A stretch of 64,000 nt of DNA from an uncultured Candidatus Saccharibacteria bacterium (GTDB lineage Bacteria; Patescibacteriota; UBA1384; CAILIB01; JAUSJZ01): assembly GCA_964421635.1 (NCBI GenBank), contig CAYQWZ010000002.1:1749-65748 (forward strand), in the 5' to 3' direction. How positions within the stretch are numbered: the stretch's first letter is position 1; every line of letters starts with the position of its first letter. Below are positions 10,305 to 18,821 of the stretch, piece by piece. The position numbers and the translations under genes are program-made. Under the pieces are notes generated by a model. The model searched no databases and was not told where the DNA came from. It saw nothing but the letters and a program-made list of their open reading frames with translations.

Positions 10305-11226
10305 AATCCAAAGAAAGTCGAGAATAAAGTGACTCATAACGGTGGAGCCCTACTGTTTGTTCGGTAAATGTTTGGTATAATATACCAAATAATAGAATAA
10401 CAGGGGTAATACCGTGGGAAGTTACAAGACTGGCCATTATCAGCAGAATTGGTCTAAAATTAAAAGTTCGTTGTCGCTGAATAAACGACAGCAATCCTTA
10501 ATAATAGGCTCAATGCTTGGTGATGGCACTATGCGTATAGGCAAAAACGCAATTAATGCAAATTTCAAAGTGGAACAAGGCTTGAAACAAGAAGCTTATG
10601 TCTATTGGAAATATCGCATTTTGCATCCTTTTGTTTACACCGAACCAAAAATTAGCTATCGGTATGATAGTCAAGGGCAAAGATATCCAAAATCTTGGTG
10701 GTTTAGAACCATTAGATGCTCCCTTTTAACTGAAATATATAATCAGTTTTATACAGGAGAAGGATATCGAACAGGTAGAAAAATTGTACCTAATAATATA
10801 GTTAATTTTCTTGACCCATTAGCCTTATCAGTTTGGATAATGGATGACGGGTCATATAATAGAGGAAGAATAGATATTAGTACTTACTCATTTACTTTAG
10901 TGGAAGTAAAAATGTTAATAAGTGCAATATTTGAGAGATATGATATTCAAATGAATATGTATAAAGATCGTGATAAAGGCTATAGAATATATGCCAATCA
11001 AGATAATACTAAATCATTAATTGAAACAATCTCTCCGTTCATTATTCCTTCTATGAGGTATAAGGTGGGTTTTGTAACCCCGTAACGACTGGATCCTTAG
11101 TTCAGAAAGCTAAGGTGAAGATTCAGAATCTGAAACGATATATATTTCTGAATAACACGTCGCTGCTTGGACAACGCAGTCCAAGTAAAGGTATAGTCTG
11201 CACAGCTAGTAATAGTTGATAATGCG
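10305..11226 (+). mobile_element. Group-I-like intron 3 in 23S (~922 nt), at about E. coli 2504 in the peptidyl-transferase region
   Basis: Exon GGCACCTCGAT|...|GTCGGCTCATCGCATCC, with U before the intron and G at its end. Confidence 0.65.
10414..11085 (+). CDS. Double-motif LAGLIDADG homing endonuclease (223 aa, GTG start) encoded in intron 3
   Basis: Motifs LIIGSMLGDGTM and LSVWIMDDGSY. The ORF begins and ends inside the conserved intron core motifs. Confidence 0.85.
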   Translation: MGSYKTGHYQQNWSKIKSSLSLNKRQQSLIIGSMLGDGTMRIGKNAINANFKVEQGLKQEAYVYWKYRILHPFVYTEPKISYRYDSQGQRYPKSWWFRTIRCSLLTEIYNQFYTGEGYRTGRKIVPNNIVNFLDPLALSVWIMDDGSYNRGRIDISTYSFTLVEVKMLISAIFERYDIQMNMYKDRDKGYRIYANQDNTKSLIETISPFIIPSMRYKVGFVTP

Positions 11227-11290
11227 GTCGGCTCATCGCATCCTGGAGCTGGAGCAAGTTCCAAGGGTTTGGCTGTTCGCCAATTAAAGC

Positions 11291-11330
<40 letters not shown>

Positions 11331-11387
11331 ACTTAATCTTCTGTATCCGAGGAAGTTTGAGAGGGCTTCTCCCTAGTAAAACATTGC

Positions 11388-12152
11388 TACTTCACGAAGT
11401 AATTCGTGTTGACAATGCGGCTCATAACGGTGAAACCTTCATTATTGGCTGGTTAATACTAAGAACGTAACATAGTTTGGTCCAAAATTTGTTACAATGC
11501 TTGAGGACCAGAAAATATTAAGGCAATACCGTGGGAAGTCAATCTAATGTTAGATTTTCATATATAGCAGGTTTTCTTGATGGTGACGGGAGTTTAATGT
11601 TACAAATTAAACAACGTCCCAAAACAAAATCTGGGTATAGGTTTATGGCTACTATCTGTTTTTATCAAGATACGCGTCATGAATCTGGGCTTGTATGGAT
11701 CCAAAAAGTTCTAAAAATAGGTTATTTAAGTCGACGCAAAGATGGAATAACTGAATTAAGGATTAATGGGTTTACTCAAGTCAATGAGATATTAATAAAA
11801 ATATATCCATATATTCAATTTAAGAAAATTCAAGCAGAAGCATTAATTGAAGCAACGAATATCTTAAAAGATAAGAATGTAAATCAATTATGTGAAGCTG
11901 AGCTAGAAAGAATAGTAAAACTTATAATATTGTTAAGAAAACATAATTATAAGAGTAGCTATCGAAAAAGCTTGGTTAGTATAAGAAAAACATTAGGTTT
12001 GACCCCGTAACGACTGATCGAAAGAGAGAGTACATATTAATGTGCTAATACGCCGACTCCAATCAAAAAAGCTACAAAGATGGTTAATTAACCTAAATTT
12101 GAGTGATTGGATGAAAGTATAGTCTACGCCTTTAGAAATAAAGGATTTCGTG
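11388..12152 (+). mobile_element. Group-I-like intron 4 in 23S (~765 nt), inserted in the sarcin-ricin loop region (CCTAGT|ACGAGAGGACCGG)
   Basis: Exon continuity, a U...G boundary, and the same core motif family as introns 2 and 3 (CTCATAACGGTG..., AATACCGTGGGAAGT, ACCCCGTAACGACTG). Confidence 0.65.
11531..12010 (+). CDS. Single-motif LAGLIDADG homing endonuclease (159 aa, GTG start) encoded in intron 4
   Basis: Motif IAGFLDGDGSL. The size is I-CreI-like. Confidence 0.85.
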   Translation: MGSQSNVRFSYIAGFLDGDGSLMLQIKQRPKTKSGYRFMATICFYQDTRHESGLVWIQKVLKIGYLSRRKDGITELRINGFTQVNEILIKIYPYIQFKKIQAEALIEATNILKDKNVNQLCEAELERIVKLIILLRKHNYKSSYRKSLVSIRKTLGLTP

Positions 12153-12420
12153 ACGAGAGGACCGGGAGGAACGTGCCTCTGGTGTACCAGTTGTCATCCC
12201 AATGGCATCGCTGGGTAGCTACGCACGGCTAGATAAGCGCTGAAAGCATATAAGCGCGAAGCTAGCCTCAAGATTAGACTTCATAGATCCCTGGCAGACT
12301 ACCAGGTTGATAGGCACTAGGTGTAAGTGTGGTGACACACTCAGCCGTGGTGTACTAATAGATCATTTCATTTCTTACTCATAAAACTCACTAGTATTTA
12401 GTGAGCTCACTATCTCTGAG

Positions 12421-12452
12421 AAAAAGACCCCTATTTTTAGGTGGTCTTTTTG
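12421..12452. terminator. Hairpin plus T-run terminator downstream of the 23S 3' end (aaaaagacc...ggtcttttt)
   Basis: Seen: 9-bp stem, A-run on one side and T-run on the other (bidirectional-looking). Preceded by the 14-nt perfect palindrome TAGTGAGCTCACTA at 12399-12412. Confidence 0.45.
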
Positions 12453-12539
12453 TTTAGCGAAATCTCTTGATAATTAGTAGGATATCAGATAGAGTAGTTT
12501 TTAATGGGTGCGAATTCAGGGAGGAGAGAGGTGAGATGC

Positions 12540-12905
12540 ATGTCTGAAACAGTAGTACGGTTGGGGGTCAGAGTTCACTGCCAACTACTCGGAGGTGGTG
12601 GCTCTGCGCCAAAAGCCATCGCTGGCGAGTTTCGCGTGAACAGCGATGGCGAGCTGGCTGATGACAACGAGGTGCAGAGAGCCATCAACGCCCAAATCGG
12701 CCAGGTGGTTGAGGATTGGGTGCGTATACACAATGTCAATGTGGCTACGCTTGTGGTCACCGGTGGCGGCATGCGCATCTGCAACGGGGAGATCGAAGTC
12801 AGAGGAGAGCCACCGCAAGCGGTGGCGGACAGCATCCGCGCACTGCGCCAGCAGGAGGAGGTCAGGAATGCCGAGAGGCAGACCCTTCTCCGCGCATTGG
12901 GGTGA
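12540..12905 (+). CDS. Hypothetical protein (121 aa) in a ~63% GC island inserted between 23S and 5S
   Basis: ORF 12504..12905, with an ATG at 12540 after GGGAGGAGAGAGGTGAG (a strong RBS) and followed by a strong terminator. Opposite-strand and other-frame ORFs in this island are GC-driven shadows. Confidence 0.5.
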   Translation: MSETVVRLGVRVHCQLLGGGGSAPKAIAGEFRVNSDGELADDNEVQRAINAQIGQVVEDWVRIHNVNVATLVVTGGGMRICNGEIEVRGEPPQAVADSIRALRQQEEVRNAERQTLLRALG

Positions 12906-12954
12906 ATGGCGTTCCTGCCTGACTAGTCCAAGAATCTTTGCCTACGAGACCTAC

Positions 12955-12986
12955 GAGCGCGCCCTTCGGGCGCGCTCATTCTTTTG
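12955..12986 (+). terminator. Rho-independent terminator GAGCGCGCCCTTCGGGCGCGCTC followed by a T-run
   Basis: Seen: a perfect 10-bp GC stem, a UUCG loop, then TTCTTTTGT. Confidence 0.75.
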
Positions 12987-13006
12987 TCAAAATTTTCAAT
13001 ATTGCC

Positions 13007-13035
13007 TTGACAAACGGCTCAACATAAGGTAAATT
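13007..13035 (+). promoter_or_regulatory. Candidate sigma70-type promoter for the 5S rRNA (TTGACA-17nt-TAAATT), predicting a TSS at ~13043
   Basis: Seen: a consensus -35, a 17-nt spacer and an AT-rich -10 ending 8 nt before the 5S 5' end. Confidence 0.5.
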
Positions 13036-13043
13036 AGCTAATG

Positions 13044-13163
13044 TCTTGGTGATTTTAGCGGTGGGGGTACACCCGTTCTCATTCCGAACACGGAAGTTAA
13101 GCCCACCAGCGCCGATGGTACTTGCCGGGAAACTGGCCGGTAGAGTAGGACATTGCCAAGGCA
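13044..13163 (+). rRNA. rrf: 5S rRNA
   Basis: Conserved CCGAACACGGAAGTTAAGC core and a length of about 120 nt. Confidence 0.85.
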
Positions 13164-13206
13164 TATTTTTTTTGCTAAAAAAAGGCACATCCTTTAGAAT
13201 TAACTC

Positions 13207-13356
13207 ATGAATAATATATTTTCTCTTTTAGCCTTGGTGGTTGGTTTGGTATCCTTCTTCGTGCAAGATACGACAGCAATCTCTCTCATGGCAATCTTTT
13301 TCGTTCTGTGGGGACTGTACGGATTACTAGGCCAAGAAAGCAAAAAGGAGTAGTCT
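13207..13356 (+). CDS. Small hydrophobic protein (49 aa, two predicted TM segments)
   Basis: Hand translation: MNNIFSLLALVVGLVSFFVQDTTAISLMAIFFVLWGLYGLLGQESKKE. Below the ORF-track cutoff. Confidence 0.3.
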
Positions 13357-13377
13357 AAATTAAATAGTTTTGAGTGT

Positions 13378-13686
13378 TTGGTATTTGTTCGGTATAATAG
13401 TTTGGTGAAGAAAATTTTAAATGAGCCCAACTATTGTCAGAATTATGATCCTTCTATTCCCGTAGAAGTATATGTTTCTTTCAATGGCAATTTAGTGAGG
13501 CCTATCGCTTTTCGTTATCAGGGGCGCAATGTGCGTTTAAGAAAAGTAAATATGGTGCATCATGTTAAACGGGGGCAAAACAAGATCTACTACTTCTCTA
13601 CTAGCAATCGCCAAGCGGCCTACACTTTGAGCTTTCATACAGGCAGTTTAGAGTGGCGATTAGAAAACATTTGGCTAGAAGCATAA
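13378..13686 (+). CDS. Hypothetical protein (start uncertain). A TTGAGT-17-TATAAT promoter-like element sits at 13370-13398, so the true start is probably TTG/GTG near 13408.
   Basis: ORF-track ORF with no recognisable family. Confidence 0.35.
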   Translation: MVFVRYNSLVKKILNEPNYCQNYDPSIPVEVYVSFNGNLVRPIAFRYQGRNVRLRKVNMVHHVKRGQNKIYYFSTSNRQAAYTLSFHTGSLEWRLENIWLEA

Positions 13687-13713
13687 AAATCTGGCAACTG
13701 TTAGAATAAAGAT

Positions 13714-14286
13714 GTGAGAACAAAGATACGAACTAAAATTTATACTAAAAAGGGAGATCGAGGCAAAACTCATTTGGCCGATGGACGGGTGGTAAAAAAG
13801 GATAACTGTTTAGTAGAAGATATTGGCACGCTAGACGAACTTAATTCATCTTTAGGGCATTTATTGGCTATTGAAAATATTGATAAAAAAGATTGCGAGA
13901 TACTTTTGCGAGCACAAAACAATTGTTTCTTTTTTGGCGCAGTAGTAGCTCAAGCGCGGCCAGAAATTTTAAATAAAATACGAGCCAATTTTGCTGATGG
14001 TGACACTACTAATTTAGAACAAAGGATTGACGAGTTAACTCAAAATTTACCGGAACTAAAAAATTTTATTTTACCCGGCGGCTCAGAAGCCGCCGCGAGA
14101 GCGCATGTAGCTCGCACAAACTGTCGTCGAGCTGAGCGTCGTTTGGTTAATTTAAAGACAGAAATAAAAAGTTTAGACCAACAGATGCGCAGCTATCTCA
14201 ACAGATTATCTGATTACTTATTTACTCTAGCTCGGGTTTTCAACAAACAGGCCGGTCTAAATGATGTAATCTGGAATAAAGGATAA
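13714..14286 (+). CDS. PduO-type ATP:cob(I)alamin adenosyltransferase family protein
   Basis: IYTKKGDRGKT...GTLDELNSSLG...ILPGGSEAAARAHVARTNCRRAER matches the MMAB/PduO family pattern. GTG start. Confidence 0.75.
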   Translation: MRTKIRTKIYTKKGDRGKTHLADGRVVKKDNCLVEDIGTLDELNSSLGHLLAIENIDKKDCEILLRAQNNCFFFGAVVAQARPEILNKIRANFADGDTTNLEQRIDELTQNLPELKNFILPGGSEAAARAHVARTNCRRAERRLVNLKTEIKSLDQQMRSYLNRLSDYLFTLARVFNKQAGLNDVIWNKG

Positions 14287-14294
14287 CAAAACAA

Positions 14295-15317
14295 ATGGCG
14301 CACGACTCTGACAAAAAACAACCAGCAGTAGATATTTTAGATGATTTTTTTGCTGTCTTTAGTCGAGTCGATAGAAATCGTCGAAAAGTAGTTACCAAGT
14401 CAATTACTGAACTAGCTAAGCCAACCGCTCAATATTATGTACTAGTGGCTCTGTCAGTCATTGTTATTACACTAGGGTTGTTAATTAACAGTGAATCAGT
14501 AGTAATTGGTGGTATGCTGATTGCTCCAATTCTACCTGTATTGCAGGCGCTATCTTTATCTACGGTGCGCGGCAGCATCAGACTTTTTCACCGCTCTATC
14601 TCAACTTTAATCGTATCCTTATCTCTCGGCATCCTGCTATCTTTTTTTGTTACTCTAATTGTACCTTTCAACGGAGTTTCTGAAGCGGTTTTAGCCAGAA
14701 CGGAGCCAGATTTTCTATTTTTAGTTATCGCTTTGGCAGCTGGTCTAGTAGGGGCCATAGATATGATTTGGCCTTCTATTAGTTCATTGGCAGCAGGGGT
14801 GGTGGTAGCAGCAGCCTTGGTTCCTCCATTGGCGGTGGTGGGAATTGGTTTAGCTAAAACAGATTGGGTCATGATTTCGCAATCCTTTATTCTATTTGCT
14901 ACTAACTTAGTAGCGGTGATTTTTGCCGGTATTGTACTGCTTTTAATAGCAGGATTCAGGCCGTACCATCGAGCAGAAAGCGTGGAACTGTTGTGGAAAA
15001 ATATTTTTTGGTCAATAATTTTGTTGCTAGTGGTGGCTGTTCCTTTGGGAGCGGCTCTCTCTCATACTGCAAATAGAGAAGAACAGCACTTAGTAATCGA
15101 GCGTTCAATAAAAGATATAATGGGTTCTCAAACAGAAATTGAAAGGATTAGTATTTCTACTCATCGAGATACTTTAAATATAAAGGTGAGAGTGCTTAGC
15201 AGGGCTGAGCCAACTGACTTACAGTGGAGTGAGCTAAAAGATTATTTACACGAACAATTAGGTAAAGAGGTCTTATTAGAGCTAGACACAATTTTGGTTT
15301 CACAACGAATTTATTAA
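14295..15317 (+). CDS. DUF389 (TIGR00341) hydrophobic-domain membrane protein
   Basis: Multiple TM segments with a GGMLIAPILPV-type motif. Confidence 0.65.
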   Translation: MAHDSDKKQPAVDILDDFFAVFSRVDRNRRKVVTKSITELAKPTAQYYVLVALSVIVITLGLLINSESVVIGGMLIAPILPVLQALSLSTVRGSIRLFHRSISTLIVSLSLGILLSFFVTLIVPFNGVSEAVLARTEPDFLFLVIALAAGLVGAIDMIWPSISSLAAGVVVAAALVPPLAVVGIGLAKTDWVMISQSFILFATNLVAVIFAGIVLLLIAGFRPYHRAESVELLWKNIFWSIILLLVVAVPLGAALSHTANREEQHLVIERSIKDIMGSQTEIERISISTHRDTLNIKVRVLSRAEPTDLQWSELKDYLHEQLGKEVLLELDTILVSQRIY

Positions 15318-15350
15318 TGATATTATACTAGTAGAACTAAAAATTAGTTA

Positions 15351-16361
15351 ATGGAACAGCAACGAACCATCTGGACAGTCATCGTAACAGTAGTAGTAGC
15401 GGTGTTAGTTGTGGTGTCAATTATGGCCTTTCAATCTATTAAAGATGAAGACACGGTCATTAATCCTATTGGAGATGTTGTCCCAGAAGAATATAATCCT
15501 AACGAAGCACTAGAAGCAGATTTATCAAGCCTGCCTCCAATTAAAGAAGGTCATTATGCACTTTGGGCTATCGATGCAGATAATAATCCTTTATTAGTTT
15601 GGCAATTTAGAATTAACTCGCAGGGCTTTGTTGTAGATTTAGCAGACTTGCCTCAAAGCAGCATTGTAGTAACACCAGGTCTAGATTTAACCACTATGCA
15701 GAGTTTCTTGGTCTCTATTGAAAAAGGAGATGTAGCTGTTTCAGAGCCAAGTGCATCTGTCATTTTAAGTACAGCAAAAAAAACTAACAATAATTTTACC
15801 TTACAGTTTCCTCACGATTTTTCGGAAGCTTCGGGCAGTTTTATTTTAGCTACTCCAACCAATGGGGCCAACACGCAAGAAACATCGGGAATTTGGTTTG
15901 TTAAAATTGAAGATAACAGAGATATCGTAGCCCTTAATTTGCCCGCCAGTCCAGAAGGATGGGTTTACCAAGGCTGGGTTTTATATCAGAGCAAGCCTCT
16001 AAATATTGGTCGCTTTAAAACCCCAGAGGGCAAAGATTCATTCTCTAATTATTCCGGTCCGCGTGCCTTTCCGGCGTTTCCAGGCGAAGATTTTCTAACT
16101 AACGCTCCAGCTAATTTAGATGTTGAGCTGCCTCTCAATTTAGCTGATGGCCAAGCGTTGGTACAAATTGCTCTTGAGCCAGTAGTCAATTCTGAAGCAG
16201 GTTCTAGCAATGGCATCAACTCTGACCCAACAGGTGACGATCTTTTTGCCTTAAATATTTTGCAATCTCAAGTTCCGCAAAATATTGAGCCAAAAGGTTC
16301 AGTTGAATTACAGAATGTTTTTAATCCACCATTAGGCTCAATAAAAATTTTAACGCGCTAA
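15351..16361 (+). CDS. Hypothetical membrane-anchored protein (N-terminal TM, extracytoplasmic domain)
   Basis: N-terminal hydrophobic helix followed by a Pro/Asn-rich soluble domain. No confident family. Confidence 0.5.
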   Translation: MEQQRTIWTVIVTVVVAVLVVVSIMAFQSIKDEDTVINPIGDVVPEEYNPNEALEADLSSLPPIKEGHYALWAIDADNNPLLVWQFRINSQGFVVDLADLPQSSIVVTPGLDLTTMQSFLVSIEKGDVAVSEPSASVILSTAKKTNNNFTLQFPHDFSEASGSFILATPTNGANTQETSGIWFVKIEDNRDIVALNLPASPEGWVYQGWVLYQSKPLNIGRFKTPEGKDSFSNYSGPRAFPAFPGEDFLTNAPANLDVELPLNLADGQALVQIALEPVVNSEAGSSNGINSDPTGDDLFALNILQSQVPQNIEPKGSVELQNVFNPPLGSIKILTR

Positions 16362-16367
16362 TATCAA

Positions 16368-16904
16368 ATGAAGGGGCAAACGCATTTAATGGGAGCGGCC
16401 GCTTTAGTGGTGCCAGTAGCAGCCATAGCTGGTTCGCCGTATTTAGTGGTAGTCGGAATGATTGCCGGATTAGCACCAGACCTTGATGCTTCAGACGCTA
16501 TGCTCAAGCATTGGAGCTTTAATTTGGGCAGTCGAAAAAGTGGTTTTAAAGTTAAACCATTTTTTTTTATATCCTTAATTGCCAATATCTTTTTTAAACA
16601 CCGCGGATTTTTGCATTCGGCTTGGGCGCTGATTATATTTAGTATCGTGGCGCTTTTGTTGTCGTATATTTTTGGTTTGGCTGGCTGTTGGGGTTTTACA
16701 GCAGCAATCTTTTTAGGATATCTTTCGCATCTCATTTTAGATTCAATGACGCCGTCTGGTATTCCACTTTGGGGGAAAGAGAAATGGCATGTTTTACCAG
16801 AAAAACTGCGCATCAAAACAGGTTCATATATGGAGAATTTATTCTTAGCGGTATTCGCTTTAGTGGTACTTTATTATCTCTCCTTGAGTGTTGTTAATCT
16901 TTAG
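16368..16904 (+). CDS. Membrane-bound metal-dependent hydrolase, YdjM/DUF457 family
   Basis: THLMGAAAL...HSAWALIIF...HLILDSMTPSGIPLW pattern and four TM segments. The 16364..16816(-) ORF is its shadow. Confidence 0.65.
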   Translation: MKGQTHLMGAAALVVPVAAIAGSPYLVVVGMIAGLAPDLDASDAMLKHWSFNLGSRKSGFKVKPFFFISLIANIFFKHRGFLHSAWALIIFSIVALLLSYIFGLAGCWGFTAAIFLGYLSHLILDSMTPSGIPLWGKEKWHVLPEKLRIKTGSYMENLFLAVFALVVLYYLSLSVVNL

Positions 16905-16948
16905 TTAATCTTGGCTTTTGTATTGTAGAGTCAAAAGTAATATTAGTT

Positions 16949-17209
16949 ATGGAAGACACCATTGCAACCAAAACAATCAAAGGGGGTTCGCAGACCGTGT
17001 TCGTAGATTTGAGAAAGGCTAAGAACGAGTTCCCTTATGTCTCTATTAGTGCTCTCGGTTCAACAAAAACCGGTGAGTCGAAGAGATATTCCGTTCGTTT
17101 GTTTGGTAGTCAAATAATCGATTTGGAAAAATCCTTGAAAGATTTAATTAAGGAGCAAGATTTAGCTACTAAAATCAAAGAGCTAAACAATGCCAAAGAG
17201 CAGAAATAA
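16949..17209 (+). CDS. Small protein, possibly PUR-like (DUF3276-like)
   Basis: Weak resemblance to a single PUR repeat (FVDLRKAKNEFPYVSIS...RYSVRLFGSQIIDL). Low confidence. Confidence 0.3.
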   Translation: MEDTIATKTIKGGSQTVFVDLRKAKNEFPYVSISALGSTKTGESKRYSVRLFGSQIIDLEKSLKDLIKEQDLATKIKELNNAKEQK

Positions 17210-17384
17210 TTGTTACAAGGTGGTTACCGCTACCGACATGCGCAACCAATTCAATAAATTAATTGAAGGGGTGGTAGACGATTCTGGGCCGGTAGTGGTA
17301 ACTGTTGCCAAAAAACCTAAAGTGGCTATTGTCAATTATCAATATTTAGAAGAGTTGCGTTATCTAGCTAGCATTAACAAATAA
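17190..17384 (+). CDS. Phd/YefM-family antitoxin-like protein (start likely internal at ~17218-17236)
   Basis: VTATDMRNQFNKLIEGVVDDSGPVVVTVAKKPKVAIVNYQYLEELRYL matches the YefM/Phd pattern. No toxin gene follows. Confidence 0.5.
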   Translation: MPKSRNNCYKVVTATDMRNQFNKLIEGVVDDSGPVVVTVAKKPKVAIVNYQYLEELRYLASINK

Positions 17385-17419
17385 TTGCTAGGGTAACATT
17401 CTTTTGCGACAATAGATGC

Positions 17420-17980
17420 ATGACAAACAAAATTGTTGTTATTACTGGTGCGGCTGGCTCTGGCAAGTCCGTAATTTTCGAATCCTTAAAGAAAAGACAC
17501 AAAAGTTGGGCAGTAGTAAAATCTTATACTACAAGGACCAAGCGGCCACAAGAAGTAGATAAAAAATATATGTTTGTATCGAAGAGTGATTTTGAAAACA
17601 AAGTGCAAACAGGCGAAATTATTGAGTACGAAGAGTACGCCGGCCATTTATATGGTACTGCTAAAACTAGTTTAGAGAATGCTGTTGCTAAAGAGAGCAC
17701 TATTTTGATGCACCTAAATATTGAAGGAGCCAAATATATAAAAAAGAATTTTTCTAATGTAATAGATATTTATTTGTATGTGCCAGAAGAAGAGCTCAAA
17801 AAACGGGTCAAAAAAGATAAAACTCGCGGCCAACTTAATGAAGCTGAATACAAAAAGCGTTTTGAGATAGCAACAAAACAGAATAAACAGCGTAATACTT
17901 TTTCATACATTGTATACAATACGGCTACTATACCAGATGCAGTAGAGAAGATAGAGAAAATTATTGAAGAGCATAAATGA
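17420..17980 (+). CDS. gmk: Guanylate kinase
   Basis: P-loop GAAGSGKS and the YTTR...E..G..Y.FVS...F......GE..E..EY.G..YGT pattern. Confidence 0.8.
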   Translation: MTNKIVVITGAAGSGKSVIFESLKKRHKSWAVVKSYTTRTKRPQEVDKKYMFVSKSDFENKVQTGEIIEYEEYAGHLYGTAKTSLENAVAKESTILMHLNIEGAKYIKKNFSNVIDIYLYVPEEELKKRVKKDKTRGQLNEAEYKKRFEIATKQNKQRNTFSYIVYNTATIPDAVEKIEKIIEEHK

Positions 17981-18813
17981 GCATAATGAGATCTTGTTTT
18001 TATGGGTTTGCTTTTCCTTTATTACTGTTATTAATTGTGGGGTCAATTGCTTATACTCGGGCGAAGGAGCTAACTATTACAGATGCTGCCGAAGGCATTA
18101 GTACAGCTAAAAGAAAAATTGCTCGCAACTTGGCTGATTCAGAATATCCGGTGAATGATAATCAGATTCCTATTTTGATGTATCATTTTATTCGCGATGG
18201 TGTAGTAGTTGAGGATGATGCCATTGGCTACAACCTGTCTGTGCCAAGTACTGAGTTTGCGGCCCAAATGAGCTACCTGAAAGAGAATAATTTCACCACC
18301 ATCAGTTTTGAAGATTTTTTGAAGGGCAATTATCCTGAAAAATCTATTATCCTTACTTTTGATGATGGATACTTTGATTTTCGCGAAGTTGCTTTTCCAA
18401 TTTTACAAAAATACGGCTTAACCGCTACTATTTATATTATTACTGATCGCTTTGATGATCCTAATCATTTGTCAGAGCTTGATGTTCAGTATCTCGCCAA
18501 TAGAGGAATAGAAATTGGCTCACACTCGGCTACTCATTCAAATATGACCAATCTTTCTCGTTACGATTTACGCCAAGAGCTTTTAGGCAGTCGGCAAAAA
18601 TTAGAAAAATTAACTGGACAAACGGTTGTCAGTTTTTCTTACCCAGCCGGGCAGTACAACGATTTAGTTATAGAGATGTTAAAACGCGCCGGTTACGAAA
18701 CAGCTGTTACTACCGAAAACGGATTAGCTTCAAATCAAAATTTATTTAAATTGAAAAGAGTTCGTGTTAAGCGAGATTTATCTGTTGAAGACTTCGCCAA
18801 TTTGGTTGAGTAG
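17977..18813 (+). CDS. Polysaccharide deacetylase (NodB homology domain) family protein
   Basis: LTFDDGY and IGSHSATH motifs; N-terminal TM. Confidence 0.8.
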   Translation: MSIMRSCFYGFAFPLLLLLIVGSIAYTRAKELTITDAAEGISTAKRKIARNLADSEYPVNDNQIPILMYHFIRDGVVVEDDAIGYNLSVPSTEFAAQMSYLKENNFTTISFEDFLKGNYPEKSIILTFDDGYFDFREVAFPILQKYGLTATIYIITDRFDDPNHLSELDVQYLANRGIEIGSHSATHSNMTNLSRYDLRQELLGSRQKLEKLTGQTVVSFSYPAGQYNDLVIEMLKRAGYETAVTTENGLASNQNLFKLKRVRVKRDLSVEDFANLVE

Positions 18814-18821
18814 ACTGGTAA

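Noticed and set aside
12480-12960. Idea that the GC-rich 23S-5S insert is a structured RNA (tmRNA, RNase P RNA or a group II intron) standing out by GC in an AT-rich genome
   Set aside because: I found no tmRNA tag-reading frame, no acceptor-like 3' end, no RNase P P4 consensus (GGAAAGTCCGG...ACAGAAACCCGGCTTA) and no group II domain V. A clean RBS-ORF-terminator reading exists. It remains worth an Rfam scan.
12575-13032. ORFs 12575..12835(-), 12585..12818(-), 12646..13032(+) and 12716..12922(+)
   Set aside because: GC-island shadow frames. The 12646 frame runs through the terminator hairpin and is Arg-rich nonsense. The frame with the RBS and the stop before the terminator was chosen.
16364-16816. 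150-aa ORF on the minus strand
   Set aside because: Antisense to the YdjM-like hydrolase gene, which has clear family motifs and TM pattern.
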